A stretch of DNA of 63,927 nucleotides, counting the filler, from Lama guanicoe (Eukaryota): NCBI GenBank assembly GCA_013239625.1. It is 74 parts of 72 records of this genome, joined end to end, with 100 filler letters (N's around TTAATTAATTAA, not from the genome) between each part and the next. Parts side by side here need not be neighbours in the genome. Positions count along the whole stretch, not along the records: positions 1 to 936 come from PNXV01012281.1; positions 1,037 to 1,510 come from PNXV01012286.1; positions 1,611 to 2,425 come from MU055193.1; positions 2,526 to 3,288 come from PNXV01012289.1; positions 3,389 to 3,892 come from PNXV01012290.1; positions 3,993 to 4,870 come from MU055194.1; positions 4,971 to 5,745 come from PNXV01012314.1; positions 5,846 to 6,607 come from MU055201.1; 66 more parts are not named here. One strand, 5' to 3'. Both the position numbers and the translations under genes were made by a program. This document shows positions 1-11,785 of the stretch, piece after piece. The notes below the pieces were generated by a model. It saw only the letters and a program-made list of their open reading frames with translations, did no database searches and had not been told where the DNA came from. Within the stretch, counting starts at the first letter, position 1; each line of letters opens with the position of its first letter.

Positions 1-685
1 AGGAATGTAAATTGGTGCAGCCACTGTAGAAAACAGTATAGAGGTTCCTGAAAAAAATTAAAAATAGAACTATCAGGATCCAGCAATTCCAGAAGAAACA
101 AAAGCACTAATTTGAAAAGATACATGCACCTCAATTTCATAGTAGCACTATTGACAATAGCCAAGACATGGAAGCTACTCAGATGCCTATCAACAGACAA
201 ACGGATAAAGAAGAAGTGGTACATATACATAACAGAATATTACTCAGCCATAAAAAGGAATGAAATTTTACCATTTGTAGCAATGTGGATGGACCTAGAG
301 AATATTATTCTTCAATAATGAAATAAGTCAGAGAAAGACAAATATGATATGATACCATTTATATATAGAATATAAAAATTAATGCAAATGAATGTATATA
401 TAAAACCAAAACAGACTCACCGACATAGGGGGAAAAAAAAACATATGGTTACCAAAGGGGCAGAAGAGGGACAAATTAAGAGTATGGAATTAATGGATAC
501 AAACAACTATACATAAAATAGACCAACTACAAAGTTTTGCTGTGTAGCACAAAGAATGTTACCCCATATTTTGTAGTAACCTATAATGGACTATAATCTT
601 CAAAAATCAACTAAATCACTTATCTGTGCATCTGAAACTAATGCAATATTGTAAATCAATCATACTTCAATATTTTACAAAAAGA
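1..685 (+). mobile_element. LINE-1 3' end (ORF2 C-terminus and 3' UTR), degenerate
   Basis: Hallmark L1 motifs: ggtgcagccactgtagaaaacagta, tactcagccataaaaaggaatgaaa, EYYSAIKRNEILPF...WMDLE; ends in an A-rich tract. Confidence 0.93.
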
Positions 686-734
686 CATGGACCAAAAAAT
701 AAAAAGAAAAAAGAATTTTTTGTTTCCCCTTTTT

Positions 735-936
735 ATCCCCATCTTCCCAACATCAGTCAATGGCACCACCCAGATGCCAAAAACAAAAGCTTGGGTGTCA
801 TCTTTCATTTCTCTCCTTTCCTCAATACCAACATTCAGTTTCTCAGCACCTCCTGCCTGGCTTTTGTCCAAAACATAACCTCAATCCGCCCACTTCTCTC
901 ATCTCCATTGCTACTAGCCTAATCTGAGCCATCTTC
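735..936 (+). mobile_element. LINE-2 fragment
   Basis: Resembles L2 3' region (cagtcaatggcaccacccag...ttgggtgtcatcttt...ccacttctctcatctccattgctact). Confidence 0.7.
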
Positions 937-1036
937 NNNNNNNNNNNNNNNNNNNNNNNNNNNNNNNNNNNNNNNNNNNNTTAATTAATTAANNNNNNNN
1001 NNNNNNNNNNNNNNNNNNNNNNNNNNNNNNNNNNNN
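937..1036. other. Artificial scaffold-joining linker (N44-TTAATTAATTAA-N44); first of ~73 identical copies, last core at 63428
   Basis: Invariant palindromic 12-mer with stops in all six frames (contains PacI site TTAATTAA), flanked by 44 N on each side where counted. Sequence type changes abruptly across each copy. Confidence 0.98.
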
Positions 1037-1510
1037 TTGGTTGGTTTGATTCTTTGTTGGTCTGCTTCTCGCTAGTTTTGCAAACTCGTCAGGCTATGCT
1101 TCTTTCCTTTCGCTTCAAACAGAGAGTCAAATAAGCTGATTCACTTAAGAGAGTGCTTCCAATCACCTATGATTTCCTGCTTCCCTCTCCCATCTTTAGG
1201 GTTTTGATGACCACCTTGCCTTCTTCTTGTTTCTACTTTAGCTCTTCTTGCATTTCCAATAATGGTTTCTTCTTTCCATTTCATCTTGCTGCTTTTCTAA
1301 ACAGGGTAGATTTCTCAACCATTTTTGTAGGATAAGTTTTGAACTGCTGAATTCTTCTAAGATTTGCTCTTCTGTGGAATTCTCTAGTTGTGCCATTATT
1401 AGAAATGGTGGTCATTTGGCATAGAGTACCCTAGGTGGCAGCATTTGGCCATTCAGGTTAAGGTCTGTGTCCTGGCACTCCTCCATGCCCTGCAATATTG
1501 CTGCCGAGTT
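1037..1510 (-). mobile_element. Decayed L1 ORF1 C-terminus/inter-ORF region, copy of a secondarily amplified unit
   Basis: 1241-1508 aligns without gaps to 45344-45611 at ~92% (22 mismatches by hand count); that copy translates to an L1 ORF1-like peptide. Confidence 0.8.
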
Positions 1511-1610
1511 NNNNNNNNNNNNNNNNNNNNNNNNNNNNNNNNNNNNNNNNNNNNTTAATTAATTAANNNNNNNNNNNNNNNNNNNNNNNNNNNNNNNNNN
1601 NNNNNNNNNN

Positions 1611-2425
1611 TTATTTTGTGCTCATTAATCTATATTTTATATACTATATTCTGCATTCCGTACTCTATATTCTATATTCTGCTTCCTACATTCTATATTC
1701 TAAATTCTATATTCAGTATTCTGTATTCTATATTCTAAAATCTGTGTTCTGCATTCCATATTCTAAATTTTGGGTTCTATATTCTCTATTCTATATTCTA
1801 TATTCTGTGTTCTAATTTCTATATTCTAAATTCTATATTCNNNNNNNNNNNNNNNNNNNNNNNNNNNNNNNNNNNNNNNNNNNNNNNNNNNNNNNNNNNN
1901 NNNNNNNAGTATTCTGTATATTCTAAATTCTGTGTTCTGCATTCCATGTTCTCATTTCTGGGTTTTGTATACTGTTTTCCATATTCTATATTCTGTGTTA
2001 TATATTCTATTATATGTATTCCATATTGTGCTTTCCGTATTCTATATACTATATTCTGTATTCTACATTCTAAATTCTAAATTCCTTTTTCAGTTGTCTG
2101 TATTCTATATTCTAAATTCTGTGTTCTACATTCTATATTCTAAATTCGATATTCAGTATTCTGTATTCTATAATCTAAATTCTGTGTCCTACATTCCATG
2201 TTCTTAATTCTGGGTTCTAATATTCTATTCTATTTTCTATAATTTGGGTTCATCATTCTATATTCTATATTCTATATTCTGCATTCCGTAGTCTATATTC
2301 TATATTCTGTGTTCTACATTCTATATTCTGTATTCAATATTCTGCTTTCCATATTCTATATTCTATATTCTGTTTACTACATTGTATATTCTATATTCTA
2401 TTTTCAGTATTCTGTATTCTATATT
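1611..2425. repeat. Satellite A: heptamer (TATTCTA/TGTTCTA/AATTCTG) tandem array
   Basis: Continuous 7-bp periodicity around TTCT; recurring landmark cattccatgttctaaattctggg. Confidence 0.95.
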
Positions 2426-2525
2426 NNNNNNNNNNNNNNNNNNNNNNNNNNNNNNNNNNNNNNNNNNNNTTAATTAATTAANNNNNNNNNNNNNNNNNNN
2501 NNNNNNNNNNNNNNNNNNNNNNNNN

Positions 2526-3288
2526 CCCAGCATCATTTTTGTAAAGATTATTTTTTCCCCATTGGATTGTCATGACACCTTTGTCAAAATTAAATGGCTA
2601 CGTGTAAGACTTTGTTTATGGTCTCTTAGTTCTTTTCTCTCAATCTATTTTTCTGTCCTTTCTGCAAGTACCACACTGTATGGATCACAGTTTTGTTAGT
2701 GAGTTTTGAATTTGGAAACTTCAAAACTTTGTTCTTTTTCAAGATTGTTTTGACTATTTTGGGTATCTTGCATTTCCATATTAGTTTTAGGATCAGCTTG
2801 TTCATTTCTGCCAAAAAGCCAGAGCTGCATTGAATGTATAGGTCATTTTGAGGACAATGGCCATCCTAACAATAATAAGGCTTCTGATTCATGAACACAG
2901 AAGAGCTTTCCATTTATTTTAGGTCATTTTTGACTTCTATCAGTAGTATTTTAGTTTTCAATATACAAGTTTCAGATATTTTTCTCAGTATTCCACATAT
3001 TTTTCTTAATATTACTAATTATTTTATTCTTTTTGATGCTATTGTAAATGAAGATGCTATTGTAAATGAAAAGGTTTCCTTCATTTTATTTTTAGATTAT
3101 TCACTGCTGTTGAATAGAAACATAATTACTTTTTATATATTGATTTGTGTCTTACAATTTTGGTCAGACTGGGTTATTAATTCTAAGAGGATGTTTTTGT
3201 ATTCTATTTTTCCTCTGTGGATTCCTTGTGATTTCAATGTATAATATCATGTCATCTGGAATCAAAACAGTTTTATTTCTTTCTTTCT
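2526..3288 (-). mobile_element. Old LINE-1 ORF2 fragment
   Basis: Minus frame reads AEMNKLILKLIWKCKIPKIVKTILKKNK...TVWY, the L1 ORF2 post-RT region, with stops and frameshifts. Confidence 0.9.
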
Positions 3289-3992
3289 NNNNNNNNNNNN
3301 NNNNNNNNNNNNNNNNNNNNNNNNNNNNNNNNTTAATTAATTAANNNNNNNNNNNNNNNNNNNNNNNNNNNNNNNNNNNNNNNNNNNNTTTGTCGGTTTC
3401 ATTTGCAAAAATTTTCTCCCATTCCGTAGATTGTCTTCTTGTTTTAGTTCTGGTAACATTACCTTTTACACCGAGTCTTTCAATCTGTAAATTTAACTCT
3501 CTCATCAGGTTGCAGTTTTTTCTTTTTTATATTTCAAATATTGATGTGATTTACATGTAGTGCTTTAGAATGTCATTTGGAGTTCTAATATGGCACTTTT
3601 TTTTCTTGCTTTTATGCTTTTTTAAAATAATCTGTAAACATTCCATATCTCTCTATTGTATGACCATTCCATGTTTCCTACTTATTTTAGAGAATCCATG
3701 TTGTTTTTCCTTTGTTGAATTAAATATTCCCTCAAAAAAGAAAAAAAGATGCTGTGTAAGTTTTATTCCAGTCTCTTGTGTCATGCAGGATTTAGAAACA
3801 GACTTTTAGAACTTCTTCAAAAACCCATGAATTATTTTTATTTTTAAAAGCTATTGACTTTTTAAATAGGACCAATTATTTGCTTAATGTTTNNNNNNNN
3901 NNNNNNNNNNNNNNNNNNNNNNNNNNNNNNNNNNNNTTAATTAATTAANNNNNNNNNNNNNNNNNNNNNNNNNNNNNNNNNNNNNNNNNNNN

Positions 3993-4870
3993 TTCAGAAC
4001 ACAGAATTTAGAATGCAGAGTACAGAATATAGAATGTAGAATTTAGAATGTAGAACATAGAATATAGAATATAGAATACAGAATACAGAACCCAGAATTT
4101 AGAACATGGAATTCAGAACGCAATATTTAGAATATAGAACACAGACTATAGAATGTTGAATACAGAATGTAGAACACAGAATATAGAATATAGAATGCAG
4201 AATGCAGAACCCAGAATTTAGAACATGGAATTCAGAACACAGAATTTAGAATACAGAGTACAGAATATTGAATGTAGAATATAGAATGTTGAACACAGAA
4301 TATTGATTATAGAATACAGAATACAGAACCCAGAATTTAGAACATGGAATTCAGAACACAGAATTTAGAATATAGAATACAGAATATTGAATGTAGAATA
4401 TAGAATGTTGAACACAGAATATTGATTATAGAATACAGAATACAGAACCCAGAATTTAGAACATGGAATTCAGAACACAGAATTTAGAATATAGAATACA
4501 GAATACAGANNNNNNNNNNNNNNNNNNNNNNNNNNNNNNNNNNNNNNNNNNNNNNNNNNNNNNNNNNNNNNNNNNNNNNNNNNNNNNNNNNNNNNNNNNN
4601 NNNNNNNNNNNNNNNNNNNNNNNNNNNNNNNNNNNNNNNNNNNNNNNNNNNNNNNAGAATGCAGAATGCAGATCCGAGAATTTAGAACATGGAATTCAGA
4701 ACACAGAATTTAGAATATAGAATACAGAATATAGAATGCAGAATACAGAATGTAGAACACAGATTATGGAATATAGAATATGGAATACAGAACCAAGTCT
4801 TAAGAGCATGGAATTGAGAACAGAGAATTTAGAATATAGAATTCAGTATATAGAATATTGAATGTAGAGT
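3993..4870. repeat. Satellite A with 119-bp (17x7) higher-order repeat
   Basis: Landmark cccagaatttagaacatggaattcagaac at 4091, 4210, 4329 and 4448, an exact 119-bp spacing. Confidence 0.95.
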
Positions 4871-5237
4871 NNNNNNNNNNNNNNNNNNNNNNNNNNNNNN
4901 NNNNNNNNNNNNNNTTAATTAATTAANNNNNNNNNNNNNNNNNNNNNNNNNNNNNNNNNNNNNNNNNNNNAACAACTAAGGGAAAACATTTCCTGGATTA
5001 AAATAGGCTAGTAAGACAGTTGATCCAGAGAACTTTCAGTACCAACAGGGCATGAAAAATAACCTAACACCTTGAATGGCAGCTCAGAAGATTCTTCACC
5101 TGAACTAGGATATGAGACATCATAGCACCGTGGGACAAAATTGGTCTTGAAATGTCTCTCAAAATATTGGTCGAATTTAGGAACAAGGGGGAGCACTGTG
5201 AATGAAAATACTACAATGTGAATGAAAATACTGAAAC

Positions 5238-5682
5238 CATGTCAGTAAACAAAGGATGTTGAAACCAAGTCATCAGCAGCTGCCGCCATCCCCCAGCGAG
5301 GACATGCCTGCAGCCCAGCCTCTCAGCCACTCACAGTGGTGCCTCTGAGTGGACTCAGAATAAGAAAGAACAGGATACTTACTGGCCCTAGACAGCTAGG
5401 TGCTTGTCAAATGTATGGATTCAAAGACCCAAATGATTGCTTTATCCCATACATGGATAAGCACTAAGTACTTGAACTTGAGATACCTGGCTTTCTTTAG
5501 ATAACAAGCAATCTTATTATTTCAACTAACTTTGTTGTAAAGCTCCTATATAATCCTAGCTTCTCCCCTACTCTTGGGAGTAGTCCCTCAGTGTGATCTG
5601 AGAGGCGGTCATCCTGGCTCGAGTCCTCCCGACAAATAAAACATAACTCTTAAATTTTAGGCTCCAAGTTTATTTCAATCAA
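5238..5682 (+). mobile_element. ERV-type LTR (probably solo)
   Basis: Starts tgtcagtaaacaaagg; TATA-like ctatataa at ~5546 and AATAAA at ~5635 in U3-R-U5 order. Family not identified. Confidence 0.6.
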
Positions 5683-6983
5683 GTCCAAGAATAGAAACAA
5701 ATCGTCAATTCTGTAAAGGGACACACAGGAACCAAAAGCGTGTATNNNNNNNNNNNNNNNNNNNNNNNNNNNNNNNNNNNNNNNNNNNNTTAATTAATTA
5801 ANNNNNNNNNNNNNNNNNNNNNNNNNNNNNNNNNNNNNNNNNNNNATAACTTGTGCCCCTTCTATGCTTCACACAGGTAGTATCTAAGAGGTACAAAAAC
5901 TTGGTTGGGGTGGTCATATTCAGCAACCAAATTGCAATCTAAAATGTGTGGACTAGAAAGAGGTGAGGCTTGTGGAATTAAAAATTTGTTCAACTGCAAG
6001 AATACCAAACTTCTGCAGATATTAGGAAATATAAAATATTCATGGAAGAATTTGACAATTTCCCATTAATTTAAAATAAAAGGTGAAGCATTTTCAGAAT
6101 GTGAAATGACCTGTAGTGTTGGAAAAATTGTAGGCAAGTTCAGGGTGTCTAAGGCTTCTGCTCATAATCATGCAGCCAATGTCAGCGGATAAGACTGGAA
6201 TGGCAACATTGGGTCCTGAAAACATGTCACCAGTTGTGAAGAAAGCCTTTGATAATCTGGAGAAAGGGCAAAAGGTCCAGGGTAAGCTCTTGCAACATCC
6301 CATCAATNNNNNNNNNNNNNNNNNNNNNNNNNNNNNNNNNNNNNNNNNNNNNNNNNNNNNNNNNNNNNNNNNNNNNNNNNNNNNNNNNNNNNNNNNNGTT
6401 TTAAGTTTGTCAGCTCAACTCTGATGGTGGCTATGTTGTTGTTTACATTAGCAGTCTGGAGTTCAGATGGGCTGGTTCAGCAGCTAGTTTCCAGCTCTCT
6501 TATCAGACAGTGGATTTTACCCTGATCATCTGAACAAGGTTCTATTATGATAAGTCAGAAGCTACAGTTTACTTTAAAAATTAGAAACCCTAAGGAAGAA
6601 TATTGTTNNNNNNNNNNNNNNNNNNNNNNNNNNNNNNNNNNNNNNNNNNNNTTAATTAATTAANNNNNNNNNNNNNNNNNNNNNNNNNNNNNNNNNNNNN
6701 NNNNNNNTGGTGTCACAGGGAGCAGGACAGTCAGCGTCCCCAGCTCCTCCGAGCTCTCTCCCCTCATCCGCAGCGCCGGGTTTCTCTTCCGTGTCTTCTT
6801 AGTAGGGTTGCTGAGAATCACACGTGATGGTGGTCGGGTCTGATTTGTGGTTGTCTCTGTGATTGGCATATAGTCAATATTTGATAGAAACACTTTTTTT
6901 TAGTATAATTGTAGCACCTAGATTGCGGTGGTTTTTAGTCTCCATTTTTTATAATTTTTTTCTTATTTTTATATATGCACTTG

Positions 6984-7075
6984 TTTTTAAGTTTTTATTT
7001 GAGGTACTGGGGACTGAAGCCAGGACATTGTGCATGCTAAGCAGGTGCTCTACAACTGAGTAATACACACCCTCC
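6984..7075 (-). mobile_element. tRNA-Ala-derived SINE (camelid vic-1 type)
   Basis: Reverse complement ggagggtgtgtattactcagttgtagagcacctgcttagcatgcacaatgtcctggcttcagtccccagtacctc plus A-rich tail. It has A/B-box-like segments and the Ala-AGC anticodon arm (cttagcatg). Possible decayed TSD tgcacttg at 6976 and 7081. Confidence 0.85.
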
Positions 7076-7749
7076 TTGTCTGCACTTGAAAATAAATATT
7101 GCTATACACAAAATAGCTCTTAAACACCATCATGGGATCTAGTCTCTGTTTAGACAATTGAAAATGTATGCTACATCAATAAGAATAAATGTTGTTGAGA
7201 CATAAATTTCTGAATCTGTTAATGNNNNNNNNNNNNNNNNNNNNNNNNNNNNNNNNNNNNNNNNNNNNTTAATTAATTAANNNNNNNNNNNNNNNNNNNN
7301 NNNNNNNNNNNNNNNNNNNNNNNNAAATATACACTCAAATCACAATGTAAATTTTTCCTTCAGTATGTGTATAATCCAATCTAAATAGACATTAGCAACC
7401 TGAAATCATTGCATATATTAGTATTATAAAGTATAATTAAGTTGTATTTAGTCCCGATTCATAAATAGCATTTAATGTACGCAAATCAATATATGTGATA
7501 CCATCCCTTAAGAAACCGAGAATTCAAAAATAACAATATCAAAATATTTAGGAGTATTATTCACAGAACTCATCTTAGCTTTTTTAAAAAAAANNNNNNN
7601 NNNNNNNNNNNNNNNNNNNNNNNNNNNNNNNNNNNNNNNNNNNNNNNNNNNNNNNNNNNNNNNNNNNNNNNNNNNNNNNNNNNNNNNNNNNNNNNNNNNN
7701 NNNNNNNNNNNNNNNNNNNNNNNNNNNNNNNNNNNNNNNNNNNNNNNNA

Positions 7750-8123
7750 AACAACTAGACAAGAAAAAATAAAAATGCATCCAACTTGTAAAAAAGCAGT
7801 AAGTTTTTACAGATTATATAATTAAACATAGATAGAAAACTCATAGACTCCTCCAGTGACTGTTACAAATAATGAACAAACTTAGTAAATTTGCAGAATA
7901 CAAAATCAATATACAAATATCCGTTGCATTTTTATATAGTAACAACATATTATCAGAAAGAGAAATTAGGAATACAATTGTGTTTATATTTATACCAAAA
8001 AGAATAAAATAGGAATACAATTGATAAGTGAAATAAAAGATCTAAACATACATCTATAAATTACAGGTGTATGAAATATAAGTAAACAAAATAAATAGAA
8101 AGATATTTTGTTTTTATGGATTG
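7750..8123 (+). mobile_element. Old L1 ORF2 fragment (RT C-terminal part)
   Basis: ttagtaaatttgcagaatacaaaatcaatatacaaa matches L1 FSKVAGYKINIQK; ends near the WKDIPCSWIG motif. Confidence 0.85.
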
Positions 8124-8417
8124 TGTACAATGTGAGGAAGTATTCTAATCTATCTTTTACATGTTCAAACTCCCCAGCACTACATAATGAGGAGTATGTC
8201 TTTTCTTCGTTTTATACTCTAGCTTCCTTTTTCATGGGTTAATTGATCATAGGTGTGAGTGATTGTATCTGGTTGCTCTATTCTCTTCTATTGATTGGTG
8301 TCTGTTTTTGAGCCAGTATCATGTTGTTTTAATTACTAAAGCTTTGTAAGACTGTTTAACATCAGATAAATTTACACAATTAGATTTAATACACTTTTTC
8401 AAGATTATTAATGCAAN
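8124..8417 (-). mobile_element. Old L1 ORF2 fragment, opposite orientation to 7750-8123
   Basis: Minus strand matches L1 [25 protein letters not shown]...HTYGQLIFDK region. Confidence 0.8.
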
Positions 8418-8516
8418 NNNNNNNNNNNNNNNNNNNNNNNNNNNNNNNNNNNNNNNNNNNTTAATTAATTAANNNNNNNNNNNNNNNNNNNNNNNNNNNN
8501 NNNNNNNNNNNNNNNN

Positions 8517-8605
8517 GCAGCTGAGGGATTGAGAGATGGGGCAGTTTGTCCCAAATCACACGCAGTAGGCGGTGGCAGGCTTAGGGCTGGAACCCAGGCT
8601 GCACA
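8517..8605 (-). mobile_element. MIR SINE fragment
   Basis: ctgagggattgagagatggggcagtttgtcccaaatcacac...gtggcagg...gaacccagg resembles the MIR core. Confidence 0.65.
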
Positions 8606-9549
8606 GGATGTCTTCTCAATTGCTCCTCTAATCAGCCTACTGATGAGTTGTTTCCCAAATTCCTGTGAGTCCAGAAATGGCCGATTTTAGTGATCTCAGC
8701 CAGAAGAGGCCTTCAAAGGAGGGACACCAGTGAGAATGTGAGACAGAGTGGCATAAATTAAAACTGTACATTTTCACAAATGTTTTATTCTCGGCTAATG
8801 ACTTAAAAAGTTAGTGTTATTTATTCTAGAGTTCTGCAAACACTAAAAACAAAATATTAAAAATGATTATAATGCAAAAGAAAAGTGAGCTTTGAAAGTC
8901 CAACCACTGCTAATGACTCATTGATTGTTTTTCTCTATTGGTGCTTATTGAGAGAAAAATTTACAAAGTATGAATTGGTTTCATGTAGTTTTAGTATGGA
9001 AGAAAAAATTGTCAGTGAATACTGTAAGTAAAATCTTGACTCTTTTCTTTCCTGTTGATGAATATGTTAGTTGTTTTCATGGCTTAAGTACATTTCGTCT
9101 TTTGTGAAATTTGAGTAATATCGTTTACTTTGTCTGACTGTGAGAGTTAGACGCCTTGTATACAAAGCACCCAAGAGGTGCTCAATAAAAATATTTGCTG
9201 TCACAATGACAGTTTAGGAGAATCAGCTCTGAATACTAGGAGAATCAGAATACTAAAAAGGGTGGCTTATTTCTGATACATATTCGATGTGAATATATAT
9301 GATATACATGAATATGATTTACAGTAATAAGGATTCAGTTGTCTTTTAGTGCAGTANNNNNNNNNNNNNNNNNNNNNNNNNNNNNNNNNNNNNNNNNNNN
9401 TTAATTAATTAANNNNNNNNNNNNNNNNNNNNNNNNNNNNNNNNNNNNNNNNNNNNGGTCTCCTGATGTGCAGGTTTGGTCTTTTGTGTAAGGACACCTT
9501 TGGTGGGAGAGTACTGTGGACAAGGCCTTGGATCACGCCGCCTTGATTT

Positions 9550-10297
9550 ACCGCATCATTTTCTTGATCGTGGACACTTAAGTTTTCTCCAATTTCTACT
9601 ATCAGAAAGGATGTTTGACTGGCCTCCTTCTTGTACAAACATTCCTGTGATCTTGTATGAGTATTCCTTTAGTTAAGGTTTCTGGAAATTTAGTCCCTGG
9701 ATGTGACAATTACATGCATCACAAGCTCCTTTCAAGTGACTCTAGAAATTCCTTCTCCTGTGGGGAATGAAAAGATGTAGAATAACTTATGTAACCAATT
9801 CTCTATCGCTGAATATGATTTCACTTCAGCTTTTCTTCCCACATGTAAATGCTCTGATGAGTACATCTGTTTGAACTGATTTTTATTCTTAACGAAATGA
9901 TTCCTAAAAGTGGAGTTCATTCTGTGTGTGCACACGTTTTTCAGGGTTTACATATCCATTGACATGTCGTCCTCCAAAAAGATTGCTCACAGTTTGTTCT
10001 CTCAAAATAGACACTAGCTAGATTATCTTTTAAAAATATTTGCCAATATGATGAGCAAAAATGCTTTTTCATTGTTTTAGTTTGCACTTGATGACCAGTG
10101 AGGTTTTGAGCATTTTTCACTCATTAGCCATCTGACTTTTAAAAAGTGAATGATCCCTTTTGACCTTTGCATACATTTAAGTGAGGGAACTTCTTGTTGC
10201 TTTGTGACAGCTCTTTGTATGTTATGAACATTAACCACTTTTCTTCATCAACATGTGTCACAGAGCTTTTTCTTGTCATTTCTTGCCTTTCATTTTG
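9550..10297 (-). mobile_element. Ancient L1 (L1ME-like) 3' fragments
   Basis: tttgccaatatgatgagcaaaaatg...ttgttttagtttgcact...gagcatttttcac..ttagccat is typical antisense old L1. Confidence 0.6.
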
Positions 10298-10397
10298 NNN
10301 NNNNNNNNNNNNNNNNNNNNNNNNNNNNNNNNNNNNNNNNNTTAATTAATTAANNNNNNNNNNNNNNNNNNNNNNNNNNNNNNNNNNNNNNNNNNNN

Positions 10398-11407
10398 ATT
10401 CCGTATTCCGAACATGTTTCATGCATCACAGATTCCTCAAACGTGAATTACTGAGCTGTGAACATGCGTATGACAGATGTTTCAACCACCAAAATAGTTA
10501 CCTATGCACTTTGAAATGTTTACTTAGACTTCGTTGCTTCTTCATTTCACCAGTTTCAAGAATCACACTTTGATCCCAGAAAAACCCTCTTGGAGCGAAT
10601 TCTACCCTAGAGATATGTAATTTGAATAGATTCCATNNNNNNNNNNNNNNNNNNNNNNNNNNNNNNNNNNNNNNNNNNNNNNNNNNNNNNNNNNNNNNNN
10701 NNNNNNNNNNNNNNNNNNNNNNNNNNNNNNNNNNNNNNNNNNNNNNNNNNNNNNNNNNNNNNNNNNNNNNNNNNNNNNNNNNNNNNNNNNNNNNNNNNNN
10801 NNNNNNNNNATCTTTTCCAACCAGTTTCGAACTCGTGCATTTTTCTCAGAAAAATACTTCTGGAGCGATTTCCACCAAACAGATATGTAATTTACATGAA
10901 TTCCATCAACATGGCAGTCCGGGTTCCGTACATGCTACATGCATGATGGATTCGGCAAACATGTGTTTCTGAGATCTCAGCATGTGGATTACAGACCTTT
11001 CATCCACCATACAAGGCATATATACACTTTGAAATATTTTCTCTGACTTCATAGGTTTTTTGTATAACTATGTTCTAAAATCGGACATTTGGCACTTGCA
11101 AACACTCTTTGAGCGAATTCTCACCAACACATTTAATTTACATTGTTTACATAACCATGGCATTCCGTATTCCGAACATGTTTCATGCAATACCGATTCC
11201 TCAAACATGCATTTCTGAGTTGTGAATATGCTCATGACAGATATTTAATTCATTACAATTTACCTAAGCACTTAAATATATATAATTTGTCTTTGAAGCT
11301 TCTTCCTATTACCAGGTTCAAGAATCACACTTTAATACCAGAAACACCGTCTTGGAGCAAATTCTACCCTAGAGATATGTAATTTGAATAGATTCTATCT
11401 ACATGAT
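10398..11407. repeat. Satellite D: AT-rich, ~245-250-bp diverged monomers in a ~760-bp trimeric unit
   Basis: Landmark gagcgaattc-like at 10593, 10863, 11111 and 11355. attccgtattccgaacatgtttcatgca recurs exactly at 10398 and 11162. Confidence 0.85.
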
Positions 11408-11508
11408 ANNNNNNNNNNNNNNNNNNNNNNNNNNNNNNNNNNNNNNNNNNNNTTAATTAATTAANNNNNNNNNNNNNNNNNNNNNNNNNNNNNNNNNNNN
11501 NNNNNNNN

Positions 11509-11785
11509 AAAGGAGGTGGAATCCCAATAGACCTACCAGCAGCTGTATGATTCACGAGTATGCCAGTGATTTAAATGCACCTGGAGGAAACAACATATTC
11601 CCAAGGGAACCTCCAGAGGGGTTTCAGCTGATATCTCGGCAGCAATATTGCAGGACAGGGAGGAGTGCCAGGACACAGACCATATGCTGAATGGCCAAAT
11701 GCTGCCATCTAGGGTAGCCTATGCCACATGACCACCACTTCAAATAACGGCAGAGCTAGACAATTCCACAGACCGGCAAACCTTA
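11509..11785 (+). mobile_element. Decayed L1 ORF1 C-terminus, copy of the amplified unit
   Basis: Reverse complement matches 45480-45750 and 42163-42320 (tcagctgatatctcggcagcaatattgcagg). Confidence 0.8.

Noticed and set aside
1618..2207. Hydrophobic Y/I/L/S/F-rich ORFs (also 17194-17710, 26283-26679, 53679-54092, 58962-59333, 61444-62014)
   Set aside because: Translations of the heptamer satellite, not membrane proteins.
3993..4870. Dense nGAAn units as possible heat-shock elements (by analogy to human satellite III)
   Set aside because: Units are direct repeats at 7-bp spacing, not the alternating inverted nGAAnnTTCn arrangement; no sequence support.
7001..7075. Possible tRNA-Ala gene
   Set aside because: Stems are degenerate and it has an A-rich tail with a possible TSD, so it is a SINE.
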